Shown: positions 7,991-18,917, counted from the stretch's first letter. The stretch: 64,000 nt of DNA from Minisyncoccota bacterium (GCA_965216295.1 OZ244141.1:161819-225818); one strand, 5' to 3'. Notes: generated by a model not told the origin, from the sequence alone. A program made the numbers and translations.

Positions 7991-10771
7991 ATGACCCTCG
8001 CGTCACTTCGTATTGTTCTTCCCTTTACCTTGCTCTGTATGCTCTTCATTCCTCTTGTGCAAGGACAAGAGATAGCGTCTTGTGAGGATGGAGAATTCTT
8101 GACTCTCAAAGAGACAGGGCTTGAGTGCTCAGTACTTCCTGATAGTGGAGGATCCTCACTTGCCACTCCTGATAAAAACTGTCCTGATGACCAATTGTTA
8201 AGTTATGGTGGTACTGGTTGGGTATGTATCAGTTTTCCTAATCCTCCTGCCCCTCCCACACTTTCTGATTTTGTGGATATTGGTAAAACTGTTGGTGGTG
8301 GTATTTGTAAGTCAGACGAGTTCCTTCAACTTGCTGTCGTTGAGAGTGAGTTGAAATTGCAGTGTGCTAAACCACCAGTTCGAAAATCAGGGATTCCAGA
8401 AGGCGGTAATGCAGGACAGGTGTTGACGAAATCAGCTGAACTTGAATCTGTTTGGGCAGATGTTGAAACACCAGATCCTATTTTCACTGGATATGATTTG
8501 TTTCACCTTCTTGAAGTTGAAAAAATATACACTGACCTTTCTTCATTCTCAGCAAGTGATGTATCTTTGGTAGATGGTAATACTAGAATAAATCTTAATG
8601 ACGCTAGAGAAGTCAATATAGACAATTGGTTAGTCGTGAAAGAAGCGGGTGAGAATAATGATGCGGCAGTGAAGCGGGGAAATGTAGCGAAAGTAATCAG
8701 TAGAGGCGGAGGGCGTGTCTATCAGAGTTATTTTGCGGACTTTGATGCCTACAACGGTGCATATGCATATGTTCGACGTGATGATTCTGCCATTGGTCAG
8801 TTAACAACACAAAGAGGAGTGGTTGTAACAGGAATTGAGTTTATGGGTAGTGTGCCAGATGAAAATGTTTTTATTCTTGATGTAAAACCAGGGTATATAC
8901 CATCAAATGTATCTATAATTCAAGTAATACTCTCAGCCCCTGGTGTTACCAGCCGATATTTTAATATGAATAGGTCTGGCAATCGTTTTAAAGAAAGCAT
9001 TGCAAGATTCGGTAAGGAATTTATTAAAAACAATAACGATAAGGACATTGCTATTGAAATAAGTTACAATTGTAATTGTATAGAAATAAGGGGAGATTTT
9101 TTGTCTCAAATAAAAAGTCAAGACAACGTTGCCCTAATAGAAATTGGTGCTGGAGTTGATGAGAATGTTGGAACAACGGAGGGCATCAACCACAGCCAAC
9201 TCTCTTTTCTTCCAGCTGAAAGAACATATACTAACTTCCCTTCATTTTCAAGCGTGTCTTCAACAAAAAATGGTAACACAAGAATATACACCACTGACAT
9301 CGCAGCATTTGATGTCAATGATTGGGTGGTGGTAAAGAAAACAGGTGAGAGCGGTGATTCAGCAATAAAGCGGAGAAACGTGACGAGAGTGGTTTATAAA
9401 GGAAAAACTACCCTTCAAAACTATTCTGCAAAATTTATTTTGAATGCTCTTGGGAATTACAGGTATTCACAAATCGAAAACCAAGGTGCGCTAAACAAGA
9501 ATGCAACGAGTGCAACGGAGTATGGAATATCAGAAGAAAGTGTTTTTTACCTTGGTATGTATAATGACCTTTTTGACATTCGATTAAACGGAGGTTCTGG
9601 TTACTTACCTGAAAGCGTAAAACTGCTTCATGTTATTCTTTCAACATCTTCTACCAATTTTGTAGAATTTGATGTGGCGTATGATAGCACCACAGAAAGT
9701 AGGCGCAGATTTATAGAAGCTGGCACACAGCTGGGCGATCAGTTTATTGAAGCAAACAACCAAGGACGTATTTTCGTTCAACTGTCATATGATTGTGTCT
9801 GTGTGGAACTAGAAGGAAACTATGCGTCTCAGATTAAAAATAAAAATAATGCTGCCTTTATAGAAACTAAAATTAGTAACAGTGCTTTAAAAAATCCCCT
9901 CCCAGGTGATGGTGTTGAAGGACAAGTACTGACAAAAACAGCAGAGAGTTTTGCTTGGGCAGGGGGTGGAGACTATGTTCCCAATGATGGTATTGAGGGA
10001 CAAGTACTGACAAAGACAGCAGATGGTTTTGCTTGGGCAGGAGCTGGTTTCACTGGTTACGACTTACTCTCCCTTATCCTGGTTGGAAAAAGATCTATTA
10101 GTTTCCCTTCATTTTCAACGAATGATGTATCTTTGACGGGTAGTAATACCAAAATAAATGTTGGTGATACGATAGAGTTTAACGAAGGTGACTGGGTGGT
10201 GATTAAACAATCAGGTGAGAGTAACGAGGAAGCAATGAAGCGAGGGAGTGTGACGAGGGTGAGGTTTGGTAATGTGAGAACTACCCTCCAAAACTATTCT
10301 GTTGATTTTGATTATGACAGTTGGTACGGTAGTTATACATATAATCGACATTCATTTTGGCATAGCGGCACATTAAATAAGGATGCAACAAGTGCAACAG
10401 AGTATGGAACAACAGACGCAGAGGTTGTATATATGGGTATTAGTGCTAACACCAATCCTTTCTTTACTTTTTGGACTAAACAGGGATATGTACCATCAGA
10501 CGTATCTAGTATTCATGTCACCCTCTCAACATCTTCCACCAACTCTGTGTCACTTATGATGACCAAGGGTCGTGATTATAAGGGATACAAAATTTTTGGA
10601 GATAGAACAAGCGGATTATCAGAATCGGTGGCTAAAGCGTTTATTAAAGCAAATGAGCGAAAACGTATCTTTGTTGAAATGACGTATATTTGTAGTGGTT
10701 GTGTAGAAATAGCAGGAGATTACACATCTGAAATACAAAACCAAAACAATGTCACTCTTATTAAGCAGTAA
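7991..10771 (+). CDS. Large secreted protein built from three ~280-aa repeat modules with 'GxxGQVLTKTA..W' motifs
   Basis: Signal peptide. N-terminal Cys-pair motif 'CEDGEFLTLKETGLEC'. Three GQVL motifs ('GNAGQVLTKSAELESVWA', 'GVEGQVLTKTAESFAWAG', 'GIEGQVLTKTADGFAWAG'). Three collinear modules each begin 'TGYDL...SFSxxDVSL' and end 'Y.C.C(I/V)E..G...S.I.N.NN...I'. No catalytic motifs seen. Confidence 0.6.
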   Translation: MTLASLRIVLPFTLLCMLFIPLVQGQEIASCEDGEFLTLKETGLECSVLPDSGGSSLATPDKNCPDDQLLSYGGTGWVCISFPNPPAPPTLSDFVDIGKTVGGGICKSDEFLQLAVVESELKLQCAKPPVRKSGIPEGGNAGQVLTKSAELESVWADVETPDPIFTGYDLFHLLEVEKIYTDLSSFSASDVSLVDGNTRINLNDAREVNIDNWLVVKEAGENNDAAVKRGNVAKVISRGGGRVYQSYFADFDAYNGAYAYVRRDDSAIGQLTTQRGVVVTGIEFMGSVPDENVFILDVKPGYIPSNVSIIQVILSAPGVTSRYFNMNRSGNRFKESIARFGKEFIKNNNDKDIAIEISYNCNCIEIRGDFLSQIKSQDNVALIEIGAGVDENVGTTEGINHSQLSFLPAERTYTNFPSFSSVSSTKNGNTRIYTTDIAAFDVNDWVVVKKTGESGDSAIKRRNVTRVVYKGKTTLQNYSAKFILNALGNYRYSQIENQGALNKNATSATEYGISEESVFYLGMYNDLFDIRLNGGSGYLPESVKLLHVILSTSSTNFVEFDVAYDSTTESRRRFIEAGTQLGDQFIEANNQGRIFVQLSYDCVCVELEGNYASQIKNKNNAAFIETKISNSALKNPLPGDGVEGQVLTKTAESFAWAGGGDYVPNDGIEGQVLTKTADGFAWAGAGFTGYDLLSLILVGKRSISFPSFSTNDVSLTGSNTKINVGDTIEFNEGDWVVIKQSGESNEEAMKRGSVTRVRFGNVRTTLQNYSVDFDYDSWYGSYTYNRHSFWHSGTLNKDATSATEYGTTDAEVVYMGISANTNPFFTFWTKQGYVPSDVSSIHVTLSTSSTNSVSLMMTKGRDYKGYKIFGDRTSGLSESVAKAFIKANERKRIFVEMTYICSGCVEIAGDYTSEIQNQNNVTLIKQ

Positions 10772-10888
10772 ATAGAATTTAATTCAAACACATTTCACAT
10801 CACAGCGTACGATTCATATATCTAAACAAACACAAAGAATTAGACTTTCTCATCAATGAGAGAGTCATTTATTTGAATTTATACAACA

Positions 10889-11131
10889 CTAAAGTATGTT
10901 TGCACGACGGAGTGTTTTTCCAATCCCTCGCTTCTTTAATGTACGCAATCCTTTTGCTGAAACAGATACACGAACCGTCTTTCCTAACTCTGGTACAAAG
11001 AAACGTTTCTTTTGTATGTTTGGCTGTCGTCTCGTTTTACCGGTTGGGTTAAATTGTGTCGCACGGGTCTTGTTGCTGTAACCACCACCCATACGAGAGG
11101 TTTTTCCTGAGATAGGGCATAACTTTGTCAT
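10889..11131 (-). CDS. rpmB: 50S ribosomal protein L28
   Basis: 'MTKLCPISGK...RFFVPELGKTVRVSVSAKGLRTLKKRGI' matches the L28 family. Start set at the internal ATG. Confidence 0.85.
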   Translation of the reverse strand: MTKLCPISGKTSRMGGGYSNKTRATQFNPTGKTRRQPNIQKKRFFVPELGKTVRVSVSAKGLRTLKKRGIGKTLRRANIL

Positions 11132-11308
11132 ATGTGACGATAGTAGCATGGGAGGTTGGTATTGGTAAAGGGGTATACTAGTTTTATGAGTTCACTTGAG
11201 GTGCTTGTGGTACTAGTTATATTTTTCCTTGCTCTGATGGCTTGGATGAAAGGTGAGTAGTCACTGTTATACACTATTTCGGTAGAGTGTTGGGATTATA
11301 GGTGCACA

Positions 11309-12052
11309 ATGCAAATATATATGGATTCTTCACTATCTCGCGCTCTCGTTATCCCACTCCTTATCGTTGCTGCGACGGTAACGATTGTGGTTGGACAACA
11401 GGGATTTGGTGGGGAGATTCAAGCGTGTGAGGATCGGCAGTACTTAACGCTTCGTGAAGGCGGTCTTGAGTGTCGTGACGGCTCAGAGTTAGTGTCACCA
11501 GCACCATCGGCACCTTCAACACCAACACCAACACCTTCAACACCAACACCTTCAACGCCATCAGCACCACCATCAACGGTTTGTAATCCAGGGGAATTTT
11601 TGACTGTGGTGGGAAGTGCTGAGTTACCTGAAATTCGTTGCAAGAAAATTGATGCGGTAGAGAGTGGTATTTTTCCTAGTGGTGGTACTGCAGGACAGAT
11701 ACTCAAGAGGGACATAACAAATACAGCTATTGTCTGGACAGAGGATAATATTGGTGACCAACGCCCAACACGATTAATAACTGAATTAATATACAGCGGT
11801 GATGGTTCTGGACAGAAGGATTTAAAACGAGGTAAGAATTTTAATAACTATGTCAGCATCCTTATTGTCGGCAAAAAAACCATAAGTTGGATACCGATAG
11901 AGGTGTGGCGATCAGGGCAAATGGTTGAGTGGTATAGGTCTGATGCATGGCATAGCTGGGCAAAAATAGTAGATGGTAATACTTTTGATAACGGTGGTCA
12001 TAGTAGATCTTCTCGTGTAAGAAAGATATACGGCACAAAACTCGTACCGTAG
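11309..12052 (+). CDS. Secreted protein, paralog of the N-terminal part of 7991..10771
   Basis: Signal peptide/TM region, then 'CEDRQYLTLREGGLEC', a Pro/Thr/Ser linker 'PAPSAPSTPTPTPSTPTPSTPSAPPS', 'CNPGEFLTVV...IRCKK' and 'GGTAGQILKRD...IVWTED'. These share motifs with the big upstream protein. Confidence 0.55.
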   Translation: MQIYMDSSLSRALVIPLLIVAATVTIVVGQQGFGGEIQACEDRQYLTLREGGLECRDGSELVSPAPSAPSTPTPTPSTPTPSTPSAPPSTVCNPGEFLTVVGSAELPEIRCKKIDAVESGIFPSGGTAGQILKRDITNTAIVWTEDNIGDQRPTRLITELIYSGDGSGQKDLKRGKNFNNYVSILIVGKKTISWIPIEVWRSGQMVEWYRSDAWHSWAKIVDGNTFDNGGHSRSSRVRKIYGTKLVP

Positions 12053-12099
12053 TGTCTTTCTGACTATAAACACATCGTAACTGATGGTATAGTGACAGT

Positions 12100-12741
12100 A
12101 TGTTTGAGATATTTTTTATCCTTATCATCCTCATCATTTCCATCATTATCCATGAAGTAGCACATGGATATGCCGCATACGCTCTCGGTGATCCAACGGC
12201 AAGAGATGCAGGACGACTCACATTAAATCCAATACCACACACCGATCTATTAGGGTCTATTGTTGTTCCAGGAGCACTGTTGCTCCTCCAGAGCAGTATT
12301 CTTTTTGGCTGGGCGAAACCAGTACCCTACAATCCGTATAACTTGAAGTATGGACGGTACGGCGAGGCGTTCGTTGCCGCTGCAGGATCACTCACTAACA
12401 TTGCCCTTGCTGTTTTCTTTGGACTGTTAGTGCGATTTGGTGGCAGTTTTTTTCCTGAAGCAGCACTACAGATTTTCTTAATCATCGCATTTGTCAATCT
12501 TTTCTTGGGACTATTAAACCTCATCCCCCTCCCTATGCTCGATGGGGCAAAGGTGGTAGCAGCACTTGCTCCTGTCTCGTGGCGTGCATGGGGTGATAAG
12601 TTGCTTGCCCCCATAACACAACACCCATTCCTGAGTCTTTTGATTGTTTTTCTAATTCTCATACTCTTATTAGAGTCATTTGCAAAGTTGGTCTACATAC
12701 TCACTTCCCTCATTACTGGTTCAGCGCCACCATCTTTGTAA
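12100..12741 (+). CDS. Site-2 protease family zinc metalloprotease (peptidase M50)
   Basis: HExxH 'HEVAHGYAA' in the first TM helix, and 'NLIPLPMLDGAK', the LDG motif of M50. Confidence 0.8.
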   Translation: MFEIFFILIILIISIIIHEVAHGYAAYALGDPTARDAGRLTLNPIPHTDLLGSIVVPGALLLLQSSILFGWAKPVPYNPYNLKYGRYGEAFVAAAGSLTNIALAVFFGLLVRFGGSFFPEAALQIFLIIAFVNLFLGLLNLIPLPMLDGAKVVAALAPVSWRAWGDKLLAPITQHPFLSLLIVFLILILLLESFAKLVYILTSLITGSAPPSL

Positions 12742-12791
12742 ACCAACACCCATTGCACCGTAGTATCACAATGTGGTAGCGTGTTTACTGT

Positions 12792-13202
12792 ATGCCAACA
12801 GTTAATCAACTCATCAAGAGCGGTAGGAAACATCGTCAAAAAAAGACACGGACGACAGCGCTCCGCTCTGGTTTCAGTACACTGACGAATCGCGCCACTC
12901 ACTATTGCTCACCATTCAAACGAGGGGTTTGCACCAAGGTAACAACTACGACACCACGAAAGCCAAACTCTGCGGTGAGAAAGATTGCCCGTGTGCGACT
13001 CACGAACGGTATAGAGGTGACAGCGTATATTCCAGGAGAGGGACACAACCTCCAAGAACACTCAGTTGTTTTGGTACGAGGTGGTCGAGTGAAAGACATT
13101 GGAGTAAACTACACTATCGTTCGTGGCCCATTAAACACAGAAGCTGTTGAAGGCAGAAAGCAGGGACGCAGTCGCTACGGTACGAAGCAAGAAAAGAAAT
13201 AA
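12792..13202 (+). CDS. rpsL: 30S ribosomal protein S12
   Basis: '[13 protein letters not shown]...[10 protein letters not shown]...' is canonical S12. Confidence 0.95.
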   Translation: MPTVNQLIKSGRKHRQKKTRTTALRSGFSTLTNRATHYCSPFKRGVCTKVTTTTPRKPNSAVRKIARVRLTNGIEVTAYIPGEGHNLQEHSVVLVRGGRVKDIGVNYTIVRGPLNTEAVEGRKQGRSRYGTKQEKK

Positions 13203-13209
13203 TATATAT

Positions 13210-13677
13210 ATGAGACGACCAGTAAAAAAGAAACACATTGTCGAAGCAGATGAGAAGTACGGTTCAGTGAAGGTTGGAAAACTCATCAATTACACGATGG
13301 AGCGAGGAAAGAAGGCTGTTGCACAGGGTATTATCTACGATGCATTCAAAGAGATTGAGCGTATTGAAAAACGAGACCCTATGATAGTGTTTGAAGAAGC
13401 ACTCCAGAACGTTGGTCCATTAATGGAACTTCGATCTCGGCGTGTCGGTGGTGCAAACTACCAAATACCAACTGAAGTGACACCCACGAGGCGACTTGTC
13501 TTGGCACTTCGATGGATACTTGGTGCTGCAAAAGGGAGAAGTGGTGCTCCAATGTATAAACACTTAGCACAAGAATTAATTGAGGCAAGTAAAAATGAAG
13601 GGGCAGCGGTAGTCCGTCGTGAAAACACCCAGAAGATGGCAGAGGCAAACCGAGCATTCGCTCACCTCTCATGGTAG
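13210..13677 (+). CDS. rpsG: 30S ribosomal protein S7
   Basis: 'MRRPVKKKHIVEADEKYGS...' S7 family. Its TAG stop directly abuts the fusA stop on the opposite strand. Confidence 0.9.
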   Translation: MRRPVKKKHIVEADEKYGSVKVGKLINYTMERGKKAVAQGIIYDAFKEIERIEKRDPMIVFEEALQNVGPLMELRSRRVGGANYQIPTEVTPTRRLVLALRWILGAAKGRSGAPMYKHLAQELIEASKNEGAAVVRRENTQKMAEANRAFAHLSW

Positions 13678-15834
13678 TTACCCCGTTCGTCGTTTGATAA
13701 CTTCTTCAGCGACAGATTTTGGTACCTCCATATAACAAGCAAACTCCATTGTTGATGTTCCACGACCACCGGTGATAGAGCGAAGGTGTGTTGTGTATCC
13801 GAAGATCTCTGCAAGAGGCACTTTTGCATCAATCACTTTCAAAGAACCACGATCTTCTACACCTTCAACTTGCCCTCGTCGTGAGAGAAGGTCACCATTG
13901 ACATCACCCAAGAACTCATCAGGAATGACTACCTCAATTTTCATAATAGGTTCAAGAAGCGTTGGTTGTGCTTTCTTTGCCGCATCCTGGAATGCTTGTG
14001 ACGCTGCAATTTTAAATGCAATTTCTGAAGAGTCAACATCGTGATACGAACCATCGTAGAGGTTGATGGCAACGTTCACTATTTGATATCCAGCAACAAC
14101 ACCACGAGAGAGTGCTTCACGAACTCCTTTCTCAACAGCTGGAATATACTCTTGAGGAATGACACCTCCTTTAATACTATTGGTAAACTTAAAGCCATGA
14201 TTGTATTTCACATTTTTTGGAAGCGCTTTGATTTCTGCTTCAGAGAGTGGTTGTTGCGGAGAGACGGTGAGCTTCACGTGCCCATACTGTCCACGACCTC
14301 CTGTTTGTTTAATATATTTTACTTCTGATCCAGCTTCTCTCTTAATTGTTTCGCGATAGGCAACCTGTGGTTTCCCAACGTTTGCTTCAACATGAAACTC
14401 TCGTTTCATACGTTCAATTAATACTTCAAGGTGTAGTTCACCCATACCAGCAATGATGGTATCAGCGGTTTCCTGATCAGTTCGTATTCGGAAGGTAGGG
14501 TCTTCGTTTGAGAGTCGTCCCAGAGCAATACCCATCTTTTCCTGGTCAGCCTTGGTTTTTGGTTCAATACGCAACTGTATCACTGGTTCAGGGAACACAA
14601 TCTTTTCTAGAATAATTGGCGCATCTTCCGCACAGAGCGTGTCAGATGTTTTTACCCCCTTCAGACCAACCCCTGCCACAATCTCTCCAGCGTAGGCAAT
14701 CTTCACCTCTTCTCGATCATTAGCATGGAGACGGACGAGACGACCAAGTCGTTCTTTGTCACCAGTACTTGCGTTGTATATATAAGAACCGGCACTCACG
14801 GTTCCTGAATAGATACGGAAGAATGCTAATTGCCCAACAAAAGGGTCGTTCTGAAGTTTAAAGACCAAGGCCGAAAACGGCTCTTCATCAGACGCTTTTC
14901 GCTCAACAGGAGTATCAGTATCTTTTGGATGAACACCACGAACAGGTGGTATGTCTGTCGGTGCTGGAAGGTAATCAATCACAGCATCAAGAACGGGTTG
15001 CACACCAACATTTTTCAAAGCAGAACCGACAAGGACAGGGAAAAACTTATTCGCCAACGTTCCTTTACGGATTGCCACTTTCAATGTTTCTCCTGAAACC
15101 TCTGTGCCCTCAAGATACTTCTCAGCGATACTGTCATCAAGGTCAGAGACTGCCTCTAGCAGGTGCCCACGAGCCTCTTGTGCTTCTTTTTTCAATGATT
15201 CTGGTATTGCCTCCTCTCGCATCTGTTCTCCCTTCTCACCATCAAAATACACCGCACGCATGGCGACAAGATCAATAACACCTTCTAAAGAATCTTCAAT
15301 GCCAATTGGTAGTTGTATGCAACACGCTTTCTTGGAAAGCCGTTCAATGATACTAGCAAACGACGTTGTAAAGTTTGCACCAGTACGATCGAGTTTGTTG
15401 ATAAAGCAGACACGGGGCACATGGTATTTATCTGCTTGTCGCCAGACAGTCTCAGACTGTGGTTCAACACCAGCAACACCATCAAAGACCACGACACCAC
15501 CATCAAGGACTTTTAAGGAGCGTTCTACCTCAGCGGTGAAGTCAACGTGTCCTGGTGTATCAATAATATTGAGGCGGTGAATGTTATCTGTGTCACTTTT
15601 GTGGTAGCTAGGTGTCCAAAAACACGTTGTGGCAGCAGAAGTAATCGTGATACCACGCTCTCGTTCTTGATCCATCCAGTCCATTGTTGCCTCTCCTTCA
15701 TGAACCTCGCCAATTTTGTGAGACACTCCTGTGTAATAGAGTACTCGTTCAGAGGTCGTTGTTTTTCCTGCATCAATGTGCGCAATAATACCAATGTTAC
15801 GCACTCTCTCTAACGGATAGTCACGGGTTACCAT
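13678..15834 (-). CDS. fusA: Elongation factor G; encoded on the strand opposite to rpsL-rpsG and tuf
   Basis: G-domain '[20 protein letters not shown]', 'DTPGHVDF', 'NKLDR'. 718 aa, full five-domain length. Confidence 0.95.
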   Translation of the reverse strand: MVTRDYPLERVRNIGIIAHIDAGKTTTSERVLYYTGVSHKIGEVHEGEATMDWMDQERERGITITSAATTCFWTPSYHKSDTDNIHRLNIIDTPGHVDFTAEVERSLKVLDGGVVVFDGVAGVEPQSETVWRQADKYHVPRVCFINKLDRTGANFTTSFASIIERLSKKACCIQLPIGIEDSLEGVIDLVAMRAVYFDGEKGEQMREEAIPESLKKEAQEARGHLLEAVSDLDDSIAEKYLEGTEVSGETLKVAIRKGTLANKFFPVLVGSALKNVGVQPVLDAVIDYLPAPTDIPPVRGVHPKDTDTPVERKASDEEPFSALVFKLQNDPFVGQLAFFRIYSGTVSAGSYIYNASTGDKERLGRLVRLHANDREEVKIAYAGEIVAGVGLKGVKTSDTLCAEDAPIILEKIVFPEPVIQLRIEPKTKADQEKMGIALGRLSNEDPTFRIRTDQETADTIIAGMGELHLEVLIERMKREFHVEANVGKPQVAYRETIKREAGSEVKYIKQTGGRGQYGHVKLTVSPQQPLSEAEIKALPKNVKYNHGFKFTNSIKGGVIPQEYIPAVEKGVREALSRGVVAGYQIVNVAINLYDGSYHDVDSSEIAFKIAASQAFQDAAKKAQPTLLEPIMKIEVVIPDEFLGDVNGDLLSRRGQVEGVEDRGSLKVIDAKVPLAEIFGYTTHLRSITGGRGTSTMEFACYMEVPKSVAEEVIKRRTG

Positions 15835-16043
15835 ACAAACAACACACTACCATATTGACAGTGACAGTGGTACATCTTCACACAATGCATCATCAGAGCA
15901 CAATGTGTTACTTGACGGATACACACAACACAAGGTACGATTAACAATGTCGTTTGAACGACATCCTTGCGTGTGGCTCTTTTCTTGTTAAAGAGAAAAT
16001 CCTTGAACGCAAAACATTTTATTACCACTCTATAGAGAAATAT

Positions 16044-17234
16044 ATGGCAGAGATTTTTGATCGCAGCAAACCGCACATTAACGTTGGAACAATTGGTCAC
16101 GTTGATCACGGTAAAACAACGCTTACCGCAGCAATACTCAGTGTATTGAGTAAAACAGATGGCTACAGTGCCAACACGAAAGAAGTGGATGCAATTGATA
16201 ACGCTCCAGAAGAGAAAGCACGCGGTATCACGATTGCACTTTCACACCAAGAATACGAAACACCAAAGCGTCACTACGCACACGTTGATGCTCCTGGTCA
16301 CGCCGATTACATTAAAAACATGATCACCGGAGCGGCACAGATGGATGGTGCTATTATTGTGGTTGCAGCGTCTGACGGTGCTATGCCCCAGACTCGTGAA
16401 CACATCCTTCTTGCACGACAAGTAGGTGTTCCAAACCTCATTGTCTTTATCAATAAGTGTGACATGGTTGATGATAAGGAGATTATTGATTTAGTTGAAG
16501 CAGAGATGCGTGAGCTATTGAGTAAGTATGAATTTGATGGTGAGAAAGCTCCTATCATCAAAGGATCTGCCTTGAAAGCACTCGAAGATCCAAGTGGTGA
16601 GTACGGTAAGAGTATCGTTGAATTGGTTGACGCTATGGACACATACTTCCCTGAACCAAAACGTGAAGTTGAAAAGCCATTCCTCATGCCTATCGAAGAC
16701 ATCTTCTCTATTGAAGGTCGTGGAACAGTTGTCACCGGAAAGATTGAACGAGGTACTGTTAAGGTTGGTGAAGAGATTGAGATTATTGGTATCAAAGATA
16801 CTACCAAAACAACAGTGACTGGTATTGAAATGTTTAACAAGCAATTAGAAGAAGGTATGGCGGGTGATAACGCTGGTGTTCTTCTCCGTGGTGTTAAGAA
16901 AGAAGATATCCATCGTGGGCAGGTTCTTGCAAAACCAGGAACATCGAAACCACATACTGAATTTGAAACAGAGATATATGCACTCTCAAAGGAGGAAGGT
17001 GGCCGTCACAAACCCTTCTTTACTGGGTATAAGCCACAGTTCTACATTCGTACAACTGATGTGACTGGTGAGTTAAAACTCCCAGAAGGTGTTGAAATGG
17101 TGATGCCAGGTGATACCATCAAGGCAAGCATCAAACTCATCAATCCTGTTGCTCTCGAGGAACAGCAACGTTTCGCTATCCGTGAAGGAGGTAAAACCGT
17201 TGGCGCAGGAGTGGTTACCAAAATAATCGCGTAG
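16044..17234 (+). CDS. tuf: Elongation factor Tu
   Basis: '[27 protein letters not shown]', 'DAPGHADY', 'NKCD'. 396 aa from the internal ATG. Confidence 0.95.
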   Translation: MAEIFDRSKPHINVGTIGHVDHGKTTLTAAILSVLSKTDGYSANTKEVDAIDNAPEEKARGITIALSHQEYETPKRHYAHVDAPGHADYIKNMITGAAQMDGAIIVVAASDGAMPQTREHILLARQVGVPNLIVFINKCDMVDDKEIIDLVEAEMRELLSKYEFDGEKAPIIKGSALKALEDPSGEYGKSIVELVDAMDTYFPEPKREVEKPFLMPIEDIFSIEGRGTVVTGKIERGTVKVGEEIEIIGIKDTTKTTVTGIEMFNKQLEEGMAGDNAGVLLRGVKKEDIHRGQVLAKPGTSKPHTEFETEIYALSKEEGGRHKPFFTGYKPQFYIRTTDVTGELKLPEGVEMVMPGDTIKASIKLINPVALEEQQRFAIREGGKTVGAGVVTKIIA

Positions 17235-17252
17235 TATACCAAAACAACACCT

Positions 17253-17603
17253 ATGGCAAAGAAAGCAACAAAGGTGACTGATAAAAAAAGCGATACTGCA
17301 AAACTTCGCATTCGTGTTCAGGCGTACGATCCACGAGTTCTTGATTCTTCAGTACAACAGATTGTTAGCGCTGCAGCACGATTTGAAGCAAAGATTGTTG
17401 GTCCTATACCACTACCAACAAAGATCAAAAAGTATACCGTGAACCGATCTCCGTTTATCTTCAAAGATGCTCGTGAGCAGTTTGAAATGCGGACACACAC
17501 ACGTCTTTTTGACATTGAACAACCATCACAACGAGTGGTGGAAGCACTTTCAACGCTATCACTTCCCGCTGGTGTCTCCATTGAGGCACAGATGGTACTG
17601 TAA
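17253..17603 (+). CDS. rpsJ: 30S ribosomal protein S10
   Basis: 'LRIRVQAYDPRVLD...PLPTKIKKYTVNRSP' S10 family. Confidence 0.95.
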   Translation: MAKKATKVTDKKSDTAKLRIRVQAYDPRVLDSSVQQIVSAAARFEAKIVGPIPLPTKIKKYTVNRSPFIFKDAREQFEMRTHTRLFDIEQPSQRVVEALSTLSLPAGVSIEAQMVL

Positions 17604-17664
17604 CAGCTCTTGAAAAAGCATAGAAAAACAATAGAGAGGGAAAACCCTCTCGTAATTTCTGTAT

Positions 17665-18282
17665 ATGAAATACATTCTTGGAACAAAACTACATATGACA
17701 CAAGTCTTTGATACCGAAGGGGTTGTCCACCCGGTGACGGTTGTTGCTGTAACAGAACCGATTGCGATAACAGCACTTCGTACCAAAGAAAAAGACGGCT
17801 ATGAAGCGGTCCAGGTTGGCTATGGTACTCGTCGAAAAAAAAGAAAGTCTCCTAAGGGAGAAAAAAAAGAAGGTGAGGTAAAAACGACCCATCGCGGTTT
17901 CAAAGAATTCCGAGGAGATAGTAGTGGATGCACCGTCGGTGATACGATAGAAGGATGTCGTGTCTTTCACCCTGGTGACATGGTACGTGTCGTCGCTGTC
18001 TCAAAAGGAAAGGGGTTTCAAGGTGTGGTGAAGCGGTACGGTTTTGGAGGTGGTCCACGAACCCATGGACAGAAGACAAATGAACGTCAACCAGGATCAA
18101 TTGGTTCTGGTCTCCGTTCACGAGTACCAAAAGGACAAAAAATGCCAGGTCGTATGGGTTCAGATCGTGTGACGATTAAAGGGACTCGGGTGATGCAGGT
18201 TGATGAGAAACAAAACGTCCTGCTTCTTCGTGGCTCTATCCCTGGTAGACGAGGTACACTCATTGAAATTCAAAGCGTATGA
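17665..18282 (+). CDS. rplC: 50S ribosomal protein L3
   Basis: 'GTKLHMTQVFDTEG...VTVV' and 'GKGFQGVVKRYGF' L3 signature. Confidence 0.95.
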   Translation: MKYILGTKLHMTQVFDTEGVVHPVTVVAVTEPIAITALRTKEKDGYEAVQVGYGTRRKKRKSPKGEKKEGEVKTTHRGFKEFRGDSSGCTVGDTIEGCRVFHPGDMVRVVAVSKGKGFQGVVKRYGFGGGPRTHGQKTNERQPGSIGSGLRSRVPKGQKMPGRMGSDRVTIKGTRVMQVDEKQNVLLLRGSIPGRRGTLIEIQSV

Positions 18283-18917
18283 TAGAAGTTCCAATATACA
18301 ATCAAGAAGGAAATAAAGAGGGAATGGTTTCCCTACCAGAGCAGCTCTTTGCACTTCCGAGCAATGATTCTCTTGTGCATCAAGTTGTCGTGTCTCAGCA
18401 GTCAAATCAACGGCGTGGCACCGCACACACGAAGTTTCGCAGTGAGGTTCGTGGTGGTGGTAAAAAGCCATATCGTCAGAAAGGAACAGGTCGTGCACGC
18501 CACGGCTCTATCCGCTCACCACTGTGGGTTGGTGGTGGTGTCACCTTTGGTCCTCGAAATGAAAAGTCATACGCAAAGAAGGTAAACAAGAAGATGCAAA
18601 ACCTCGCACTCTTCACCGTACTATCACAGAAAGTACGAGATAACGGTATTGCTTTTGTTGATACATTCTCTTTTGCAAAACCAAAGACACAAGAAGCACA
18701 CGCCTTTACCACCAAGTGCCCACCAAGCAACACGAGGATCACTCATTGTTGTGTTGCCTGAGAGAAATGAACACGCACAGAAAAGTTTTGCCAATCTTCC
18801 TCGTGTAGAAGTGGTAACAACAGAGAGTCTCTCAACAACACAGCTGCTGCTGCACGACTACTCCTTTTTGCAAATCCAGAGACAACACTTGCAAGTTTAG
18901 AGAAGCGAGCCATATAA
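18279..18917 (+). CDS. rplD: 50S ribosomal protein L4. As given, the reading frame is broken by two compensating frameshifts: +1 near 18725 and -1 near 18860
   Basis: The N-terminal 150 aa are in frame 0 ('GTGRARHGSIRSPLWVGGGVTFGPR'). The L4-like middle 'TRGSLIVVLPERNEHAQKSFANLPRVEVV' sits in frame +1 (ORF 18649..18900). The L4-like C-terminus 'LLLFANPETTLASLEKRAI*' is back in frame 0 and ends at 18917. Confidence 0.7.
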
